Shown: in pieces, positions 51,109 to 64,000 of the stretch
How the letters are laid out: each line of letters opens with the position of its first letter
Position numbering within the stretch: the first letter of the stretch is position 1
Source of the DNA: Takakia lepidozioides
Lineage: Eukaryota > Plantae > Bryophyta
DNA: 64,000 bases
Direction of reading: 5' to 3'
NCBI GenBank assembly: GCA_030704615.1
Contig: CM060734.1
Coordinates: 37,944,001-38,008,000, forward strand
Position numbers and translations under genes: made by a program
Notes under the pieces: generated by a model
The model's database searches: none
Told to the model about the DNA's origin: nothing
What the model saw: the letters and a program-made list of their open reading frames with translations, nothing else

Positions 51109-54100
51109 TACCTAGAATGAGGTACGAGTTCCCCCCCCAACTGCCTTCCTCTATCTCAAGTATATGAAGGGTGGTATTGGGCAAAATTGAATATGTAATC
51201 CCGGTTGATTCATGAATAATGTAGGATTCATAAGACTGGCACTAAGGGTTGCCCTTGGGGGTGTCCTTTTTGCAGGGTGTTGGAGGTGTCCAACTTACAT
51301 GGCGTGTCTGTCTGGCAACGTGTCATGACATTTATGTCACTATAGACTTTGGAACGGCATGCAGATTTACACACCAGTTCTGCCTTTGGGTACATTGTTG
51401 ACAAAGTGCATGTGCCTTCCAGTTTACATTACATAATTGCCCCAGTGATTTTGTGGGTCTTATATTGGGCAGGCTCGTGTTTATGGACCATTGAATACCA
51501 GTGGAGTGCTTTTAAGCTTGGTCCCTACTTATCATGTTTGCATTTTTCCCCAAAAGAATCTGGCAATCCGCATAGATGATGCTCTGGCTGGTTGAGTGGG
51601 TTCTTTGCGTAGATGCATTTTATGGGCAGTTTCTCTCATGCCCCAGCTAACACCATGTGACTCACTTGTATAGTCCCCCATCTGTGAATGGCTCAAGCAG
51701 GGTGCAGTACATTCAGCACTACAATGCTGCTGCCCTGCAGGTGTTCCATGCCTTGCACCACATCATTATTCCCTGATGTCATCGTGATGTTGTTCTAGCT
51801 TGGGGCAGGTCATTGGGGATATGTACATTAGAGAGAACAACATGAGCTGTTATCTCAGTTGTTTTATCATACAAGAAGCTGAATTCATGGGCTCTCCCAT
51901 TCTTAGAACACCCCCCCATGGCAAAGTGGGTGGATCGGAACAGACCGTATTGCCAAGCTTCTATTCTAGTAGCACACGGCGTGGAGCTCCGAGACGGCCT
52001 GCTACAGGGACGACATGCACAAGGCGATATGTTAGAGTGTATTGGATTTCATATTTTGTTGGTGTTCTTGGTCACTGCCCAAAGACTTTTGTTGAGCCCA
52101 TGTTTTGCATCACTCTCATGAGTCAATTTTTTGATTTGCATGAATTTGCCTATCCCCTGAATGCATCATTTGTTCGTCTGTCATTCCGCAGTATGAGGCT
52201 TGCTGTTGATGTTGTCGGCGATCAACAAACACTAAAATGCACGTCGCCATTTGAACGTAACGTCACAAACAGATGCGGTTCCAGATCGCCTCTCTAGCAT
52301 GTTGGCTTCACGTTCCATTCTTCTCCACAAAGCGCAAACGGTCTACTAAGCTGCTTCGTGTGCAACCGTTCCCTTCACTTGCATCCCCCGCACCACAATA
52401 TCAAAACCACTTAACCAATCATATGTAGACACCTCATAAGTTGTTCCATGTCACAGACTCTCCATGTCATGACGGCATGTGATGATCTGGTAGAATACAT
52501 TAGAGTGGCAGTCATGAAGGCATATGTCCGTCTAGCAATATGCACACGTCATTCACGTATGGGCATGACCCTGACTGGTAGTCATATCCGCCATGGCAAT
52601 ATTCCTGGTCAAAGGGTGTTTGACCTGTGTTGCGCAAAGTTCGGAGTCATAAAGTCGCATAACCGGCTTCGTCGTGATCTATGTTATGACTTCAAAAGGC
52701 ATTTACGACTGCAAATGGCATTTCTACCACAAATTGGTCGTGACTGTGCACCCATGGGAGTCATAAAAGCCGCAATCTGTTGTAGTGAAAGTGACCTTCT
52801 TACACGCACAACAAAGAGGAAGATATTCGTCCACAATCTGGATGAGGATGAAGATGAGTATTCATGGCGGGCGGATATGAACCTACGGACTAGACCCAGG
52901 CGGGCTTCATGTCCAGGTGGCTCCATAGTGCCACAGAAGCACCTGAATGACCTGAGAACGACATGGGACCGACAAACTATAGCTGTATCCTGGGGGGTGC
53001 ACCCCAGCCAACATGTACCAGCCACGTGTGTGCACAGGAGGGGGTATTTTTAACCCCCCCATGTACAACATTATACATATATAGGGGGGTAAACACAGGT
53101 ATGGCTTGTGATGCCAAGAACTGATTTGACTCAAGAGGAAGTGAACTCCTTGGATGCAGCTGGGTTTCGTCTGGTTCCGAGGATGATATCCCTTGCCATG
53201 GAGAACAACGATGGTAGTTAGCAAGTCGGACCTCATCAGAATCGCGACTAATACCCCAAGACCGGATGGGGCAAACAATATAACCGAAAAAAATAGACAA
53301 CTATTAATAGGACGAAGGTGGGATTGGGAATGTCACTGTGAGGTATTGTTCAGAACTTCCGTGCAGAATTCAACATGGAAATTTAGGGCTGATTCCGATA
53401 AGAGGGAAAATCAGGGTGAAATGTATTGAAGAAGGTGTCTTCATTAGCAGTGCCTAATTTTATCAATTGTGCCGCTGCTGCTGTGGCTTTCAGTTGATCA
53501 TCTACCCATGCAGGTTTCTTGTAGCGATTAATCCACGGGGAATCAGAGGTAATCTTGTGCTGAAATCTGGCCCTCTTTGATGAATCTTGACTCACACTCT
53601 ATCCCTGCTCCTTCAGCTATCCATGCCTCTCCACAGATCATGTATACATCCATGCCTTGCTGCTAGCAGCTGACAATGACAGCCTAGATTTTTCTAGGAA
53701 ACACCCAACTCAACTTATCACACTAGTTCATATGCTCAATTGTATCTGCTACTCTTTGTAATCCAACATGCATTCACTTTTTTGCCTCGATTGTCCCACC
53801 ATTGACTAGGGTCGGAAAAGTATCCATTCCACATTTAATTATCCTCGTCTCTGTTACCTGTTTCTAGATAATTTCATGTTGTCACATGAGCAGTATCATG
53901 TCAAAATCACTCCAAACTATCAAAGATTCACTCAACCAGTTAACTTGCAGAATCCAACATGGAAATTTAAGGCCAATTCTGATAAGAGGGAAAAACAGGA
54001 TGAAATGTGTTAAAGAAGGTGCCTTCATGAGCAGTGCCTGATTTTATCACTGTGGCTGTGGCTTCCAGTTGACCATCTACCCATGCAGGTTTCTTGTAGC

Positions 54101-54149
54101 TATCCTTCCACAAGGAATCATAGTAATCTGGAGCTTGAAATCTGGCCCT

Positions 54150-55384
54150 CACTACTACGTTTGGGGGGGGGTTAGCGATGCCCCAGCCACTTCCAACTGC
54201 CGCGATTAACGACGAAAATACTCTACGGCGCCCGGGGCGCGCCAGGGCATTTTGCGACGTCGCTCCCGGAACGTCGCTAATTAGCGTTGTCGGGGAGTCG
54301 AAAATCCCCCGGCCGCGGCGCCGGCGCGACTTGCGACGTCCGGGCATCTAAAATAAAAATAAAAATTTGCGACGCCACATAAGGGACGTCCGGGGTCGTA
54401 AATGCGACCCTGAGACGTCACAATTTAGGGGGGTACATTTGAATTTAGGTGGGAAAATTTGAATTTGAATTTGAATTTTGAATACAAAAATTAGTTGACC
54501 ATTGACTCGGCGTTGACTATTGACTCTAGTTTTGTCCAATGGCAGTTCAAACATTGTTCTACATATGTTAGACAATGCATACTTGAACCTAGGACCTCCA
54601 CATTATAATATTTCTAAGACACTACACATTAACCAACAAATCTACAATACATCTACGTATCACAAAAACAGTCCAAATATATATATACACATCAAGAGTT
54701 AGTTCCTAGTGACTACCACTATCTCAATCTTATCATTGTGTTGCAGATTATGCGTACTCTACATGAGCTCTCACACCTGGAACTCGCACCGAGACTTGTC
54801 CCCAGAGTTCTTCAAGAACAAATATCTATCAATGGCCTAAGTTTTACAAAACTGCATTGCAATTTATTGTTGGACAATGGCTGTAGTCTGAGGATGTCAA
54901 GCCCATTATGCTCTACAATCTACTCCCAAAATCAATTTTCCGCGACACCCCCAGGACACCGGGGAATCGCAGTGCCGCAGCCCCAACGACGGCCGGGCGC
55001 TCCTGCAAAGGCGGGAGATTTTTTTTTTTAAATAAAATAAAATCGGGCATTGCGATTCTCCGCCGTCGCAGGAACGTCCGGCCATTGCATAAGCGTCGCT
55101 GGACTGCGGCGCTACGACGCCTTGTTGCGATTCCCCGGCATCGTAGCATCCCGAGGACGTCGCAGCGAAGGGTGACGTCGCAACCCCCCCCCAACGCGTT
55201 GACGGGGGAATGGGGTCAAACCCCTTTCCGCGACGGCATGGCATTGCAAGATGTCACAACGTCGTCCGGCGTCGGTGTTGCGATGCCCCGATGTCGCAAG
55301 TCCCCCGGCCGGGCGCCTGCGCAACGCTGCAGTCGCGGGGGTCGGCCGTCCTATCGTCGCTAACCCCCCCTAAACGTAGTAGTG
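54150..55384. mobile_element. Non-autonomous CACTA element, 1235 bp
   Basis: TIR CACTACTACGTTT(G/A)G-run TTAGCGA at both ends. Perfect 3-bp TSD CCT. Subterminal GCGACG/CGTCGC repeats. An empty site is visible in the sister repeat unit near 53570. Confidence 0.95.
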
Positions 55385-55806
55385 CCTCTTGGATGAATCT
55401 GGACCCACACTCTATCCCTGCTCCTTTAGCTATCCTGTCCTCTACACAAATTATGCATACATCATTTCTTACTGCCAGCACGCTGACAATGAAGCCTAGA
55501 TTTGTTTCAGCAAACACCCCCCTACTTATTATACTAGTTCTTATGTTGACTTGCGTCTGCTTCCAACAGACTTTCACCTTTTTGCCTTGATTGTTTCACC
55601 ATTGATTGGGATCAGAAACGTAATCATTCTAGAGCTTCTCCTGGTCTCCGTTATCTATATTAGGTCTATTTTTTGATACTTTCCTGTTGCCACATTAGCA
55701 GTAACATGTCAAAACACCATAGAATCCACCAATGAGCTAACTTGCAGAATTCAACATGAAAACTTAGGAACGACTCTGATAACATGGAAAAAACATGGTG
55801 AAATGT

Positions 55807-57090
55807 ACCACCCCACGCCCAATTACCACATCATAGACTTAATCCCCCCCTAGGACCTAGGTCCTCATTGATATGGGAAAAACCCGTAAACCCCAACTTT
55901 CCCACTTAAATTACCTTCTCCCATTGACCATCCCGTTACTAACCTAACACAAATGCTGTTCAACATACCCTACATATTACATGCATACTCAACTCCACCA
56001 CCAAAAAAAAACACATTTTTTTAACCAACAAATACTACAACATCACGTAGTTCATTTAAACTCAATAAAATCACCTCCCCCTCCCTACTAACCTCTAGCC
56101 CATAACCAAATCCACCCATCCCTATCCTGGAACCCGCCCCCCCTTTCCCCCCCCTATCTCCTATTTCCCAACTGCATTCTTTGTCCCCCCATTATGTACC
56201 GGTCACATGCTCCAATTTACTCTACCCCCCCCCCCCCCCACCACCCCCCAGGACACCGGGGATCGCAGTGCCGCAGCCCCAACGACGGCCGGCGCTCCTG
56301 CAAAGGCGGGAGATTTTTTTTTTTAAATAAAATAAAATCGGCATTGCGATTCTCCGCCGTCGCAGGAACGTCCGGCCATTGCATAGCGTCGCTGGACTGC
56401 GGCGCTACGACGCCTTGTTGCGATTCCCCGGCTCGTAGCATCCCGAGGACGTCGCAGCAGGGTGACGTCGCAACCCCCCCCAACGCGTTGACGGGGGAAT
56501 GGGGTCAAACCCTTTCCGGCGACGGCATGGCATTGCAAGATGTCACAACGTCGTCCGAGCGTCGTGTTTGCGATGCCCCGATGTCGCAAGTCCCAGGCCG
56601 GGCGCCTGCGCAACGCTGCAGTCGCAAGGGGGTCGGCGCGTCCTAGCGTCGCTAACCCCCCCTAAACGTAGTAGTGCCTCTTGGATGAATCTGGACCCAC
56701 ACTCTATCCCTGCTCCTTTAGCTATCCATGCCTCTACACAAATTATGCATACATCATTGTCTTACTGCCAGCAGCTGACAATGATAGCCTAGATTTGTTT
56801 CAGCAAACACCCCCCTACTTATTATACTAGTTCTTGTTGACTTGCGTCTGCTTCACAGACTTTCACCTTTTGCCTTGATTGTTTCACCATTGATTGGGAT
56901 CAGAAACGTATTCATTCTAGAGCTTCTCCTGGTCTCCGTTATCTATATTAGGTCTATTTTTTGATACTTTCCTGTTGCCACATTAGCAGTAACATGTCAA
57001 AACCACCATAGATCCACCAATGAGCTAACTTGCAGAATTCAACATGAAAACTTAGGAACGACTCTGATAACAGGAAAAAACATGGTGAAA
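55807..57090. repeat. Second, partly garbled copy of the CACTA right half plus downstream flank
   Basis: About 56245-57090 duplicates about 54945-55806. 55807-56240 is a G-depleted, homopolymer-rich version of the element's middle. Confidence 0.8.
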
Positions 57091-58315
57091 TGTATTGAAG
57101 AAAGTGCATTCACTAGTAGTGCCTTGTTCTATCAATTATGGTGTTGTCACTACTGTTTCCAGTTGACCATCTACCCACGCAGATTTCTTGTAGCTATTGA
57201 TCCACAGGAATCAGAAGTAAATCTTGTGCTTGAAGTCCAACCCTCTTGGATGAATCTAGACCTCTATCCCTGGGTCCTTCAGCTATCTTTGCTTGTCCAC
57301 AAATCATTAATACATCCTCAGCCTTGCCGCTAGGAGCTGACACTGACGGCGTGAAGTTCTTCCAACAAACACCCCAACCCTACTTATCACAGCATTTCCA
57401 ATTTTGAATTGCATCTGCTTCTCTCTATAGTCCAACAGGCACACATTCATTTTTGTCTCCATTGTCCCACCATTGACTGGGGTCGAAAAAATGTTCATTC
57501 CAAAGCTTCTCCTCGTCTCTGTTATCTGTTTTTGGATACTTTCCTGCTACCACATCGCCAGTAACTTGTCAAAGTCACTCCAAACCACCACAGATCCACC
57601 CAACGAGCTAACTTACAGAATTCATATGCATCTCAAGGCCGAGTCTGATGAGAGGTCTCCGACCTTCAGTCGTCGCTAGAATATGGGTTTTGATACTTAG
57701 CACCGATACTTGCGATTAAGCTCCGAGTTAGATGAAACAAGGTGTCACTAGAATATTCTGCTCGTATTTCTAATGAATGACATCCCCTGGATGAACAGTT
57801 TCATGGTCACAACGAGTTTTGTTTGGCCTTTAGGTTCAATTTCTTGTGTATGCCACAAATGAAAGTCAATCGGATATTACCTGTGTGCCACCCGAGTGTT
57901 TCAGGGCTAAAATCCTGTTACAATGATGTTTATTAATAGATTTACTACCTATTCATAATTACTATAGGGCAGGGCTTGCATGATTTCCATACATTTATTT
58001 TTTTTTCAAGAAGGGAAGTAGCCCTCGTAAAACTAAGGGGAAAAAATGAAACCCGGACGAACCCAGCTTGTATTACTTACATGTTACACAAATCAAATAA
58101 TCTCTCAAAATCATGTGACCTATATCAGGCGAGCTATTCCGGTTCATAACGAGCAGAAGGGAAATCAGCCCCGGATCTTTACGTAAAGGAGTTTTGCCTG
58201 ACACAGCACGGATCTGCGAGCCGTAGATCGGTCGATGCGTGTCGAAGAGACGATCGGCGATCCGCTGCTGCAGTTTGGTTGAAGAGGGGGTGGTTTGGTG
58301 GGGGAAGAATCGAAG

Positions 58316-60551
58316 ATGAAGCAAGTTGGTGTGATGGAGTGCAGAGCGCAGCTGTGGATGGTGGCACTGCTGAGTGCGGTAGGGGGAGGTGCTGCAGCGC
58401 GGGGATTTGTGCAGGAGGGAGGTAGTGCTTGTAAATCGCTGCAGGCTAGTGGGTTGCAGAAGAAAACTTTTTTGTCTCCTCCATTGACGTTCCGTCCTGG
58501 GGACGTGAATAACAAATATTTCGGGGTGGATGTTCCGAAGGGCCGTCTGGGACTTAGGGACTTGCATGCGGAGCTTGTGGACGAGAAGGGCGTGCCTGTG
58601 CCTCTGAGCGATGTGTACCTGCACCACTGGGACATGTATGAGTTCTCTGTACCGAGCGACAATGTAGACACCCACAAGGAGATGCTACTCAAATCTATGG
58701 AGAAGAAGCACACTTCGTATTACTCAGCTGCTGGCACTGGCGTGAAGCTCTCAGATGGACAGAGGTTGATGCAGTACTTTGGTATTGGTGGGGAGACCAG
58801 GCGCACCAATACAACTTTTCCCGCGCCGTTTGCAAGAGAGACTGCAGCTCCTTCCATGCTTGCTGAGGGTTACGAGCCAATATGGATTCTTAATGTCCAC
58901 GGCCTTGACACACGGGGCGCCGTCAACAGAATGGGGTGCACTGAGTGTCGGTTAGTTCTATTCTGCTTTTCTCGGAAATCCTGAACACCTGTTTTGAGGA
59001 AGTTCTCCACAGAAAGACAGAAAATAAGGGCCTCCTCCCCGCCAGTTACTAAATGCCTTCCCCATTGGTGGAGGCTGCCTGGTCTACTCAGCCCATAATT
59101 TCCATTAATATGCAGGCACTTAGCCATAGCCGACAATAATCCTTTGTAGGGAACTCGTAGGGAACTGAGTGGGTATATTATGCGCCGATGTTGCGTCATT
59201 TTAAAAGCATGAGATCGATTACAGCACTGCTCCTCAGCCCCCTAGCGTCCGGCAGGTGGAAACACATGTCTGTTTTAATGTACTGTGAAACACTGTCGAA
59301 AGATGAAGGCCATGGGGAAAGAAGAGCGACGGCGAGCCGAGCTTATCAAACTACACAGTAGAGTAATATCAAATTTGCTCGTGACATCACAGATAGCTCG
59401 GAAGTAGAGACTATCAAAGTAATCATGTGCCCTGTTAACCCTATCAAAAGGAAGTAGAAATAGAGAAGAATCTAGTGGGTCAGTGCACTGCCACGATATC
59501 TGAACCATCCAAGTTTTGCTACTCGTCTCATTCACTTGAATAATGATCAGCACATCATACTATGATTGTGTACTTGGTACTTGCTATCTGTTGTATGGAT
59601 GTTCTAATTTAAGAGGACTCGTAGGTGCGATCTTTTCAATGTGACTGTGGACCACAATGGAGATCCTTTATCAGAAAGATATCTCGGAGGCCTTGAGTGC
59701 TGCACAGATGGGAAGCGCTGTGCTGTGAAGGAGGGCTTTGAAGGTGATGAGTTTGAGATGACCATCTACCTACAGGTGAACTGCTTCACCCCTTACTGTT
59801 GTCTCTTGGTTTTCAGCAGGCAACTTCACTTGAAATGCCCTTTCTTGACAGAATTGCAAACCTTCAGCTGCAGACAGTACGCAGTGAGTTTTTGGAAGAG
59901 TGGGGCATTGGGGTACTTAAGCTGTCCATCGTTTTGCCCCCGCATGCATGTAGACATTGAAGTGAATGTTGTTCTTCCCCTAATGCAAGTTTAGCTATTG
60001 TGGATGATGAGATGGTACGTGCATGTGCCATATAAAGTCAGCTTTCCATTTCCTGACAAAATATGGAATTGCTGTATGGTGCAGTACACATGGGAATATG
60101 TTACCTGGGATGAGTGCGTTGAGCCCCTGGCACAAACGTTCATCAAAACATGGACGAGTACAATGTTGAGGGTTGTGGCAACACTGATCCCTCTTCTCAG
60201 GAATGTATAGATACACGGGAGATGATAGTAGTTGCCCCCTTTGGAGGCGATGTGATCTACGCAAGGTCGCACGTGCATAATTCGGCCCTGGATTGTACTC
60301 TGTTTTGGGAAGATGGGCGTGTGATTTGCCACTCTCCTCCCATCTATGGTACTGGACACGAGGCTGGCAATGAGATCGGCTATGTGGTTGGAATTGTGTC
60401 CTGCTACCCTGGGAGTGAAGTCTCAAAGATTGTGGAGGGAGAGCGTTTGCGACTTGAAGTGAAGTACAGCAAAGTAGGGGGTCCCCACACTGGTTTGATG
60501 GCCGTGATGACGTTGCAGTGGGCTGCTGGGGGTACTGCTTCTGTTGTGTAA
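58316..60551 (+). CDS. Stress up-regulated Nod19 (SURNod19) family secreted protein; exons 58316-58950, 59625-59775, 60085-60551, with an apparent frameshift near 60145
   Basis: Signal peptide. Motifs FLSPP, AELVDEKG.PVPLSDVYLHHW, QYFGIGGETR, NVHGLDTRG, CTECRC, Y.GGLECC, IC.S.PIYGTG.EAGNE.GYVVG..SCYP, HTGLM. Confidence 0.88.
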
Positions 60552-61489
60552 CTCCTGAGCCTTAATAGGTCTGGAAACTCAGTTGAGATATCTGCTGCCA
60601 CCATAAGTATTTCCCTCTTACGCGTAATAGTCCAGTTTGTTGGCCCTGCCCCAGGCAGGGACTGCACGAAACCATTCAACTTGACAGATATAAATAAATT
60701 GTATGAATGGATAAAATATTAAGTGAAGGATGAAGTTGGTGTATGTTTGACAGATGAGAGGATTCCGAATTGCTCGATTTTAACAGCACAGCACGTGAAG
60801 TTTGTAGTAAACTATGTTCTTCCAGTACTGGACTTATCTTCATAGGTTAATCACATCAACCAGCAACTCTACAAGTAGTCTTCTTTACAAAATATGGGAG
60901 GATCTTCTTCAGTTCTGATCATGTGAGTGCTTCATAAATTAATTGAAGAAATAATGGGGATTAGGTTGCTGAGTTAGCAAATGAGATATCTACTGAGTGG
61001 GGGTCAGTGCAGCCATTGATTCCAGCAACTGATGTTTGTGGGCCGCTTAGGCTTCTGTATATGCTGAGCAAATGCTAAAATTTAATGGAAATAGTGCATT
61101 CACATGTTATTTTGTACATAAAGTCTATCGCAACAGAATATATATACTTACTATCAACTGCCTGAACCTTGCACCTAGTCTTTACAGTACGTTGTCAATG
61201 ATGGTTGGCCTCCTGGACCTGTTGGAATGTCCACAGATGCTAAACAAGCTTATGCATGACAAGGCTGCCCTTGGTATGTGCTAGAAGAAGTATAAGGCAT
61301 AATACGAGCAATCATCTCAGACAAATATGAAGCCTCATGTGCCATCATTAGTACTGCTGCTGCAAATGGACAGACATTATTCCCAAAGACAACACCTTGG
61401 AATATAACGATAACCTCTTTGGCACTCAAGAAAACCATGGTAATCAAACTTCCAAACACCAGGGTTTCTTCTCTTTGGTTCACCAACCA

Positions 61490-61810
61490 ATCTAAGTATT
61501 AACTTAGGATATCTGGTGTTGGGCATATGTTGCTGACCCCACCATCTGACCTTGAATTCATCTCGTCGGGAGCTTAAGGACGGAATGCCAAACTCACCCC
61601 GAACAGCCACATTGGCTGTTTTGGAGCATGCTGACATACACTCCTTAAGCACCCCCACTTGAATGGATTCTAGAGACTTATCCTGGTTCGAGTTATCAAC
61701 CCATATAGCAGATCCGTACTCCAAGGCAGGTCTAATAACGCGACAAAGCATGGTTTTCTTAACCTCAGAGTTGACCCCTCTGCAGTGGAAAAATTAGTGA
61801 GCCCCAGAGC
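61490..61810 (-). mobile_element. Fragment of the same LINE family as 1-5025
   Basis: MLCRVIRPALEYGSAIWVDNSNQ...RYPKLI is nearly identical to about 3170-3480. Confidence 0.9.
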
Positions 61811-63477
61811 TACCATACAAAGTCTTATATAATTCATCACGCAGGTTGGCTGGGTAGTAAGTTGGGTACCCTGCCTTTCTATGTTGTAGGTATATTTCAC
61901 AGCTATCATTCCTTCCATGCATCTGTACTGTAGCACATTTTCTCTGCTCTCAACCACTTAGGGTTAGGAAACAGGTTGTCCGAGACTCTTAAGGCCAGTA
62001 ACTTTGAACTCCCAAATCCACTTGGTATCACATCGAGATTCATGGATAGGGTTGAAGTATAATGATCCAATGTCATGTTAGTATTCTCATTGTCAGGCAC
62101 TGTGAAGTCATCGGATGCGAAGTTTGTTGCGTTAAGTGCAGAAAGGCATCCCTCTTCTTCATCAGTGAAGAGGGTCACCAGAAAATAAGAACAAGGGGAA
62201 AGAGAGATCAGCCTCAGCAAGCCAGAGGGCCTCGCTAACGAATGATTGGAGTACAGACTCATATGGAAGTTGTAATGTCAACTACATATCGAGATGTCTT
62301 CCTGCATATGGTGCTGACAAGCTTTGCTTTCCAACATGGAAAGGGGGATCAAGGAAGCATGGAAGTCCTGCTATTTACCCAGTTTTCTCATCTCACCCTA
62401 CCATTGAAGAAGCCCAATCATACAATGAAACAAGAGAAGTGGACCCTGTAGAAGAATATGTTCGCAGTCATCAGAGCCGACAAGAACTACCTCAGGCCAG
62501 GCACAGTTGAAACATTCCTTGGTGCTGGCAGTCAAATGGTCTGCCTTGCGTCTCTTGCAAAAAGTGCTCTGCCTCCAATGCAGCCATGCATCCTGCACAT
62601 TCTCACATTTGCAGAGTGAGTGACAGTTCCTTTTTCTCCTCATTGCAGCTGTGAGCGAAAATCAAGCATTTCCATTAACTCTGCAGCCCTAACACATACA
62701 GTTCCTATAACTGTCCAAATTAATCAGGAATTTTATGACCTCCAATTACAAGACTCCATTCGTCTCTTCCCATGATCTTTGGTCTATACATTGGTCTTTA
62801 GTCCTGTCTATAGATTTGCAGAGGACATCAGTTGAATGAAATGGAAAGAGGGAGGACATACCAGTGCCAGCAGCAGTGATAGCTTGTCTGTAATTTTTAT
62901 CTGGACATCAAACACACCCGGAACACGTGTCTGTGTGGTGCCGGGCATGGTTACCACGTAGCAGTCGAGAGCAGCTTGCTCGCCACATAGCCGCCTTCTG
63001 ATTGGCCCCGAGGAGGCCGGCTATGACCCGGTAGCTTGGCTCCGTATACATACGGAGCCCTACTCACAGGCCCTATTACTACTAACAGTAGCAGGGCTCC
63101 TAACCCAAGGATTTACAGTGTGAGCAGCAGCCGCACAGCATAACGGCGTCACCTTTCCAATTTGAGCTTCACTCCTGCTAGTCTAGTTGTCATTTCAGCA
63201 AATGTATGGAGGTCAAACCCCCTACAGTTAGAGAGGTAGAAATGGAATGGGATGATCCATTTTTAACGTCCACGGAAAGCTACGGAAGCTGGACGTTCTA
63301 ATTTCGGGGGCAGTGAATATCGTCGATTAGTAGAGAAGGGGCATATGTGAAAGCAACGAATTTGGATGGGCTGCTATCCGATAGGTAGCTGTAAAGCATT
63401 GTTACAGTATCATCATGTAAAGAAAGGCAGGAGTGTCCGGTGTGGGCAAGCTCCAGGCTGGCGCGGGCGTTCTGTAA

Positions 63478-63823
63478 GTAAAGCCCTCGCCCTTGGACTT
63501 TCCTGTGTCCCCAGGGCACGAAAATCCAGGAAAGTCCAAGGGCGAGGGCTTTACCTTTCGTTGAAAACGAAGCTGCCCGTTTTCGAGATTGCCCGTTTCT
63601 CCTCTGCATTGCCACTAAGGTTTCATTGTCACGTCATTGTAGCTCGCTGCCCAAGTTTGAAAATCGTCTGCCCAATATTAAGAGTAATAAATCCATGCCA
63701 AGGGACAGATTCCATAATCTGGGATTACAGCCCCGGTCCCGGGGCAAAAATCACGTGCGAGGGAAAATTCCTGTCAGGGAAGCCCTAATTTTAACAAAGC
63801 CAAAAAATCTGAAGGTTTTTACG
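63478..63823 (-). repeat. Dispersed hairpin element, copy 2
   Basis: Inverted copy of 38163-38541 with small deletions. Confidence 0.85.
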
Positions 63824-64000
63824 CTGTGATATAACGCACCCGGCCTGCTTACTCATTAGATTACGCCGTATAAGGCGACGCAAAATACACTAACGAAGCG
63901 TTTTTTACGTAGTCCTTGCGTAAACAATAACTAGCAGGTAACTTGATTGGGCATTCTGCCGGAGCGCGCCGGTCCTAGAAGCATCACACGCTTGCCTTAA

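Larger units (their letters stand above)
53362..57625. repeat. Tandem ~585-bp repeat units (starts about 53362, 53946, 55743, 57031), interrupted by CACTA insertions
   Basis: Recurrent TGCAGAATTCAACATG...GTGAAATGTATTGAAGAA and CTCTATCCCTG..CCTT.AGCTATC blocks. Confidence 0.85.

Noticed and set aside
51800-53430. Possible CACTA TnpA-like second gene
   Set aside because: The ORF pieces show no motif I can recognise and no consistent exon chain.
54906-56792. Arg-rich ORFs on both strands
   Set aside because: By-products of GC-rich CACTA subterminal repeats.
61906-62643. Minus-strand protein-like ORF fragments
   Set aside because: No supportable family assignment.

Overview
Eukaryotic, transposon-rich genomic DNA, most consistent with a non-seed land plant. 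This is an inference from an intron-containing, signal-peptide-bearing polyphenol oxidase and from non-chromovirus Gypsy elements. There are three host genes: a type II membrane fucosyltransferase-like gene (8771-13093), a polyphenol oxidase (40027-43119) and a SURNod19-family gene (58316-60551, apparently frameshifted). A TAA1/TAR-alliinase fragment is also present. The rest is mostly mobile DNA: tandem LINE copies, Harbinger, Mutator and CACTA non-autonomous elements with clean TIR/TSD signatures, a spliced CACTA transposase, and Copia and Gypsy remnants. The main result is the 15.3-34.3 kb block, where two convergent Ty3/Gypsy-type units each carry a DNA methyltransferase of a different class. 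(i) On the + strand, a two-intron gene just upstream of gag has, once spliced, the motif order of a beta-class amino (N4-C/N6-A) methyltransferase. (ii) On the - strand, a Gag-protease polyprotein contains a complete C5-cytosine methyltransferase; it lacks RT/RNase H/integrase and is fused in frame to a ~1000-aa accessory ORF. A nearby Gypsy integrase remnant ends in a PHD finger. All calls are by eye from motifs; no database search was run.
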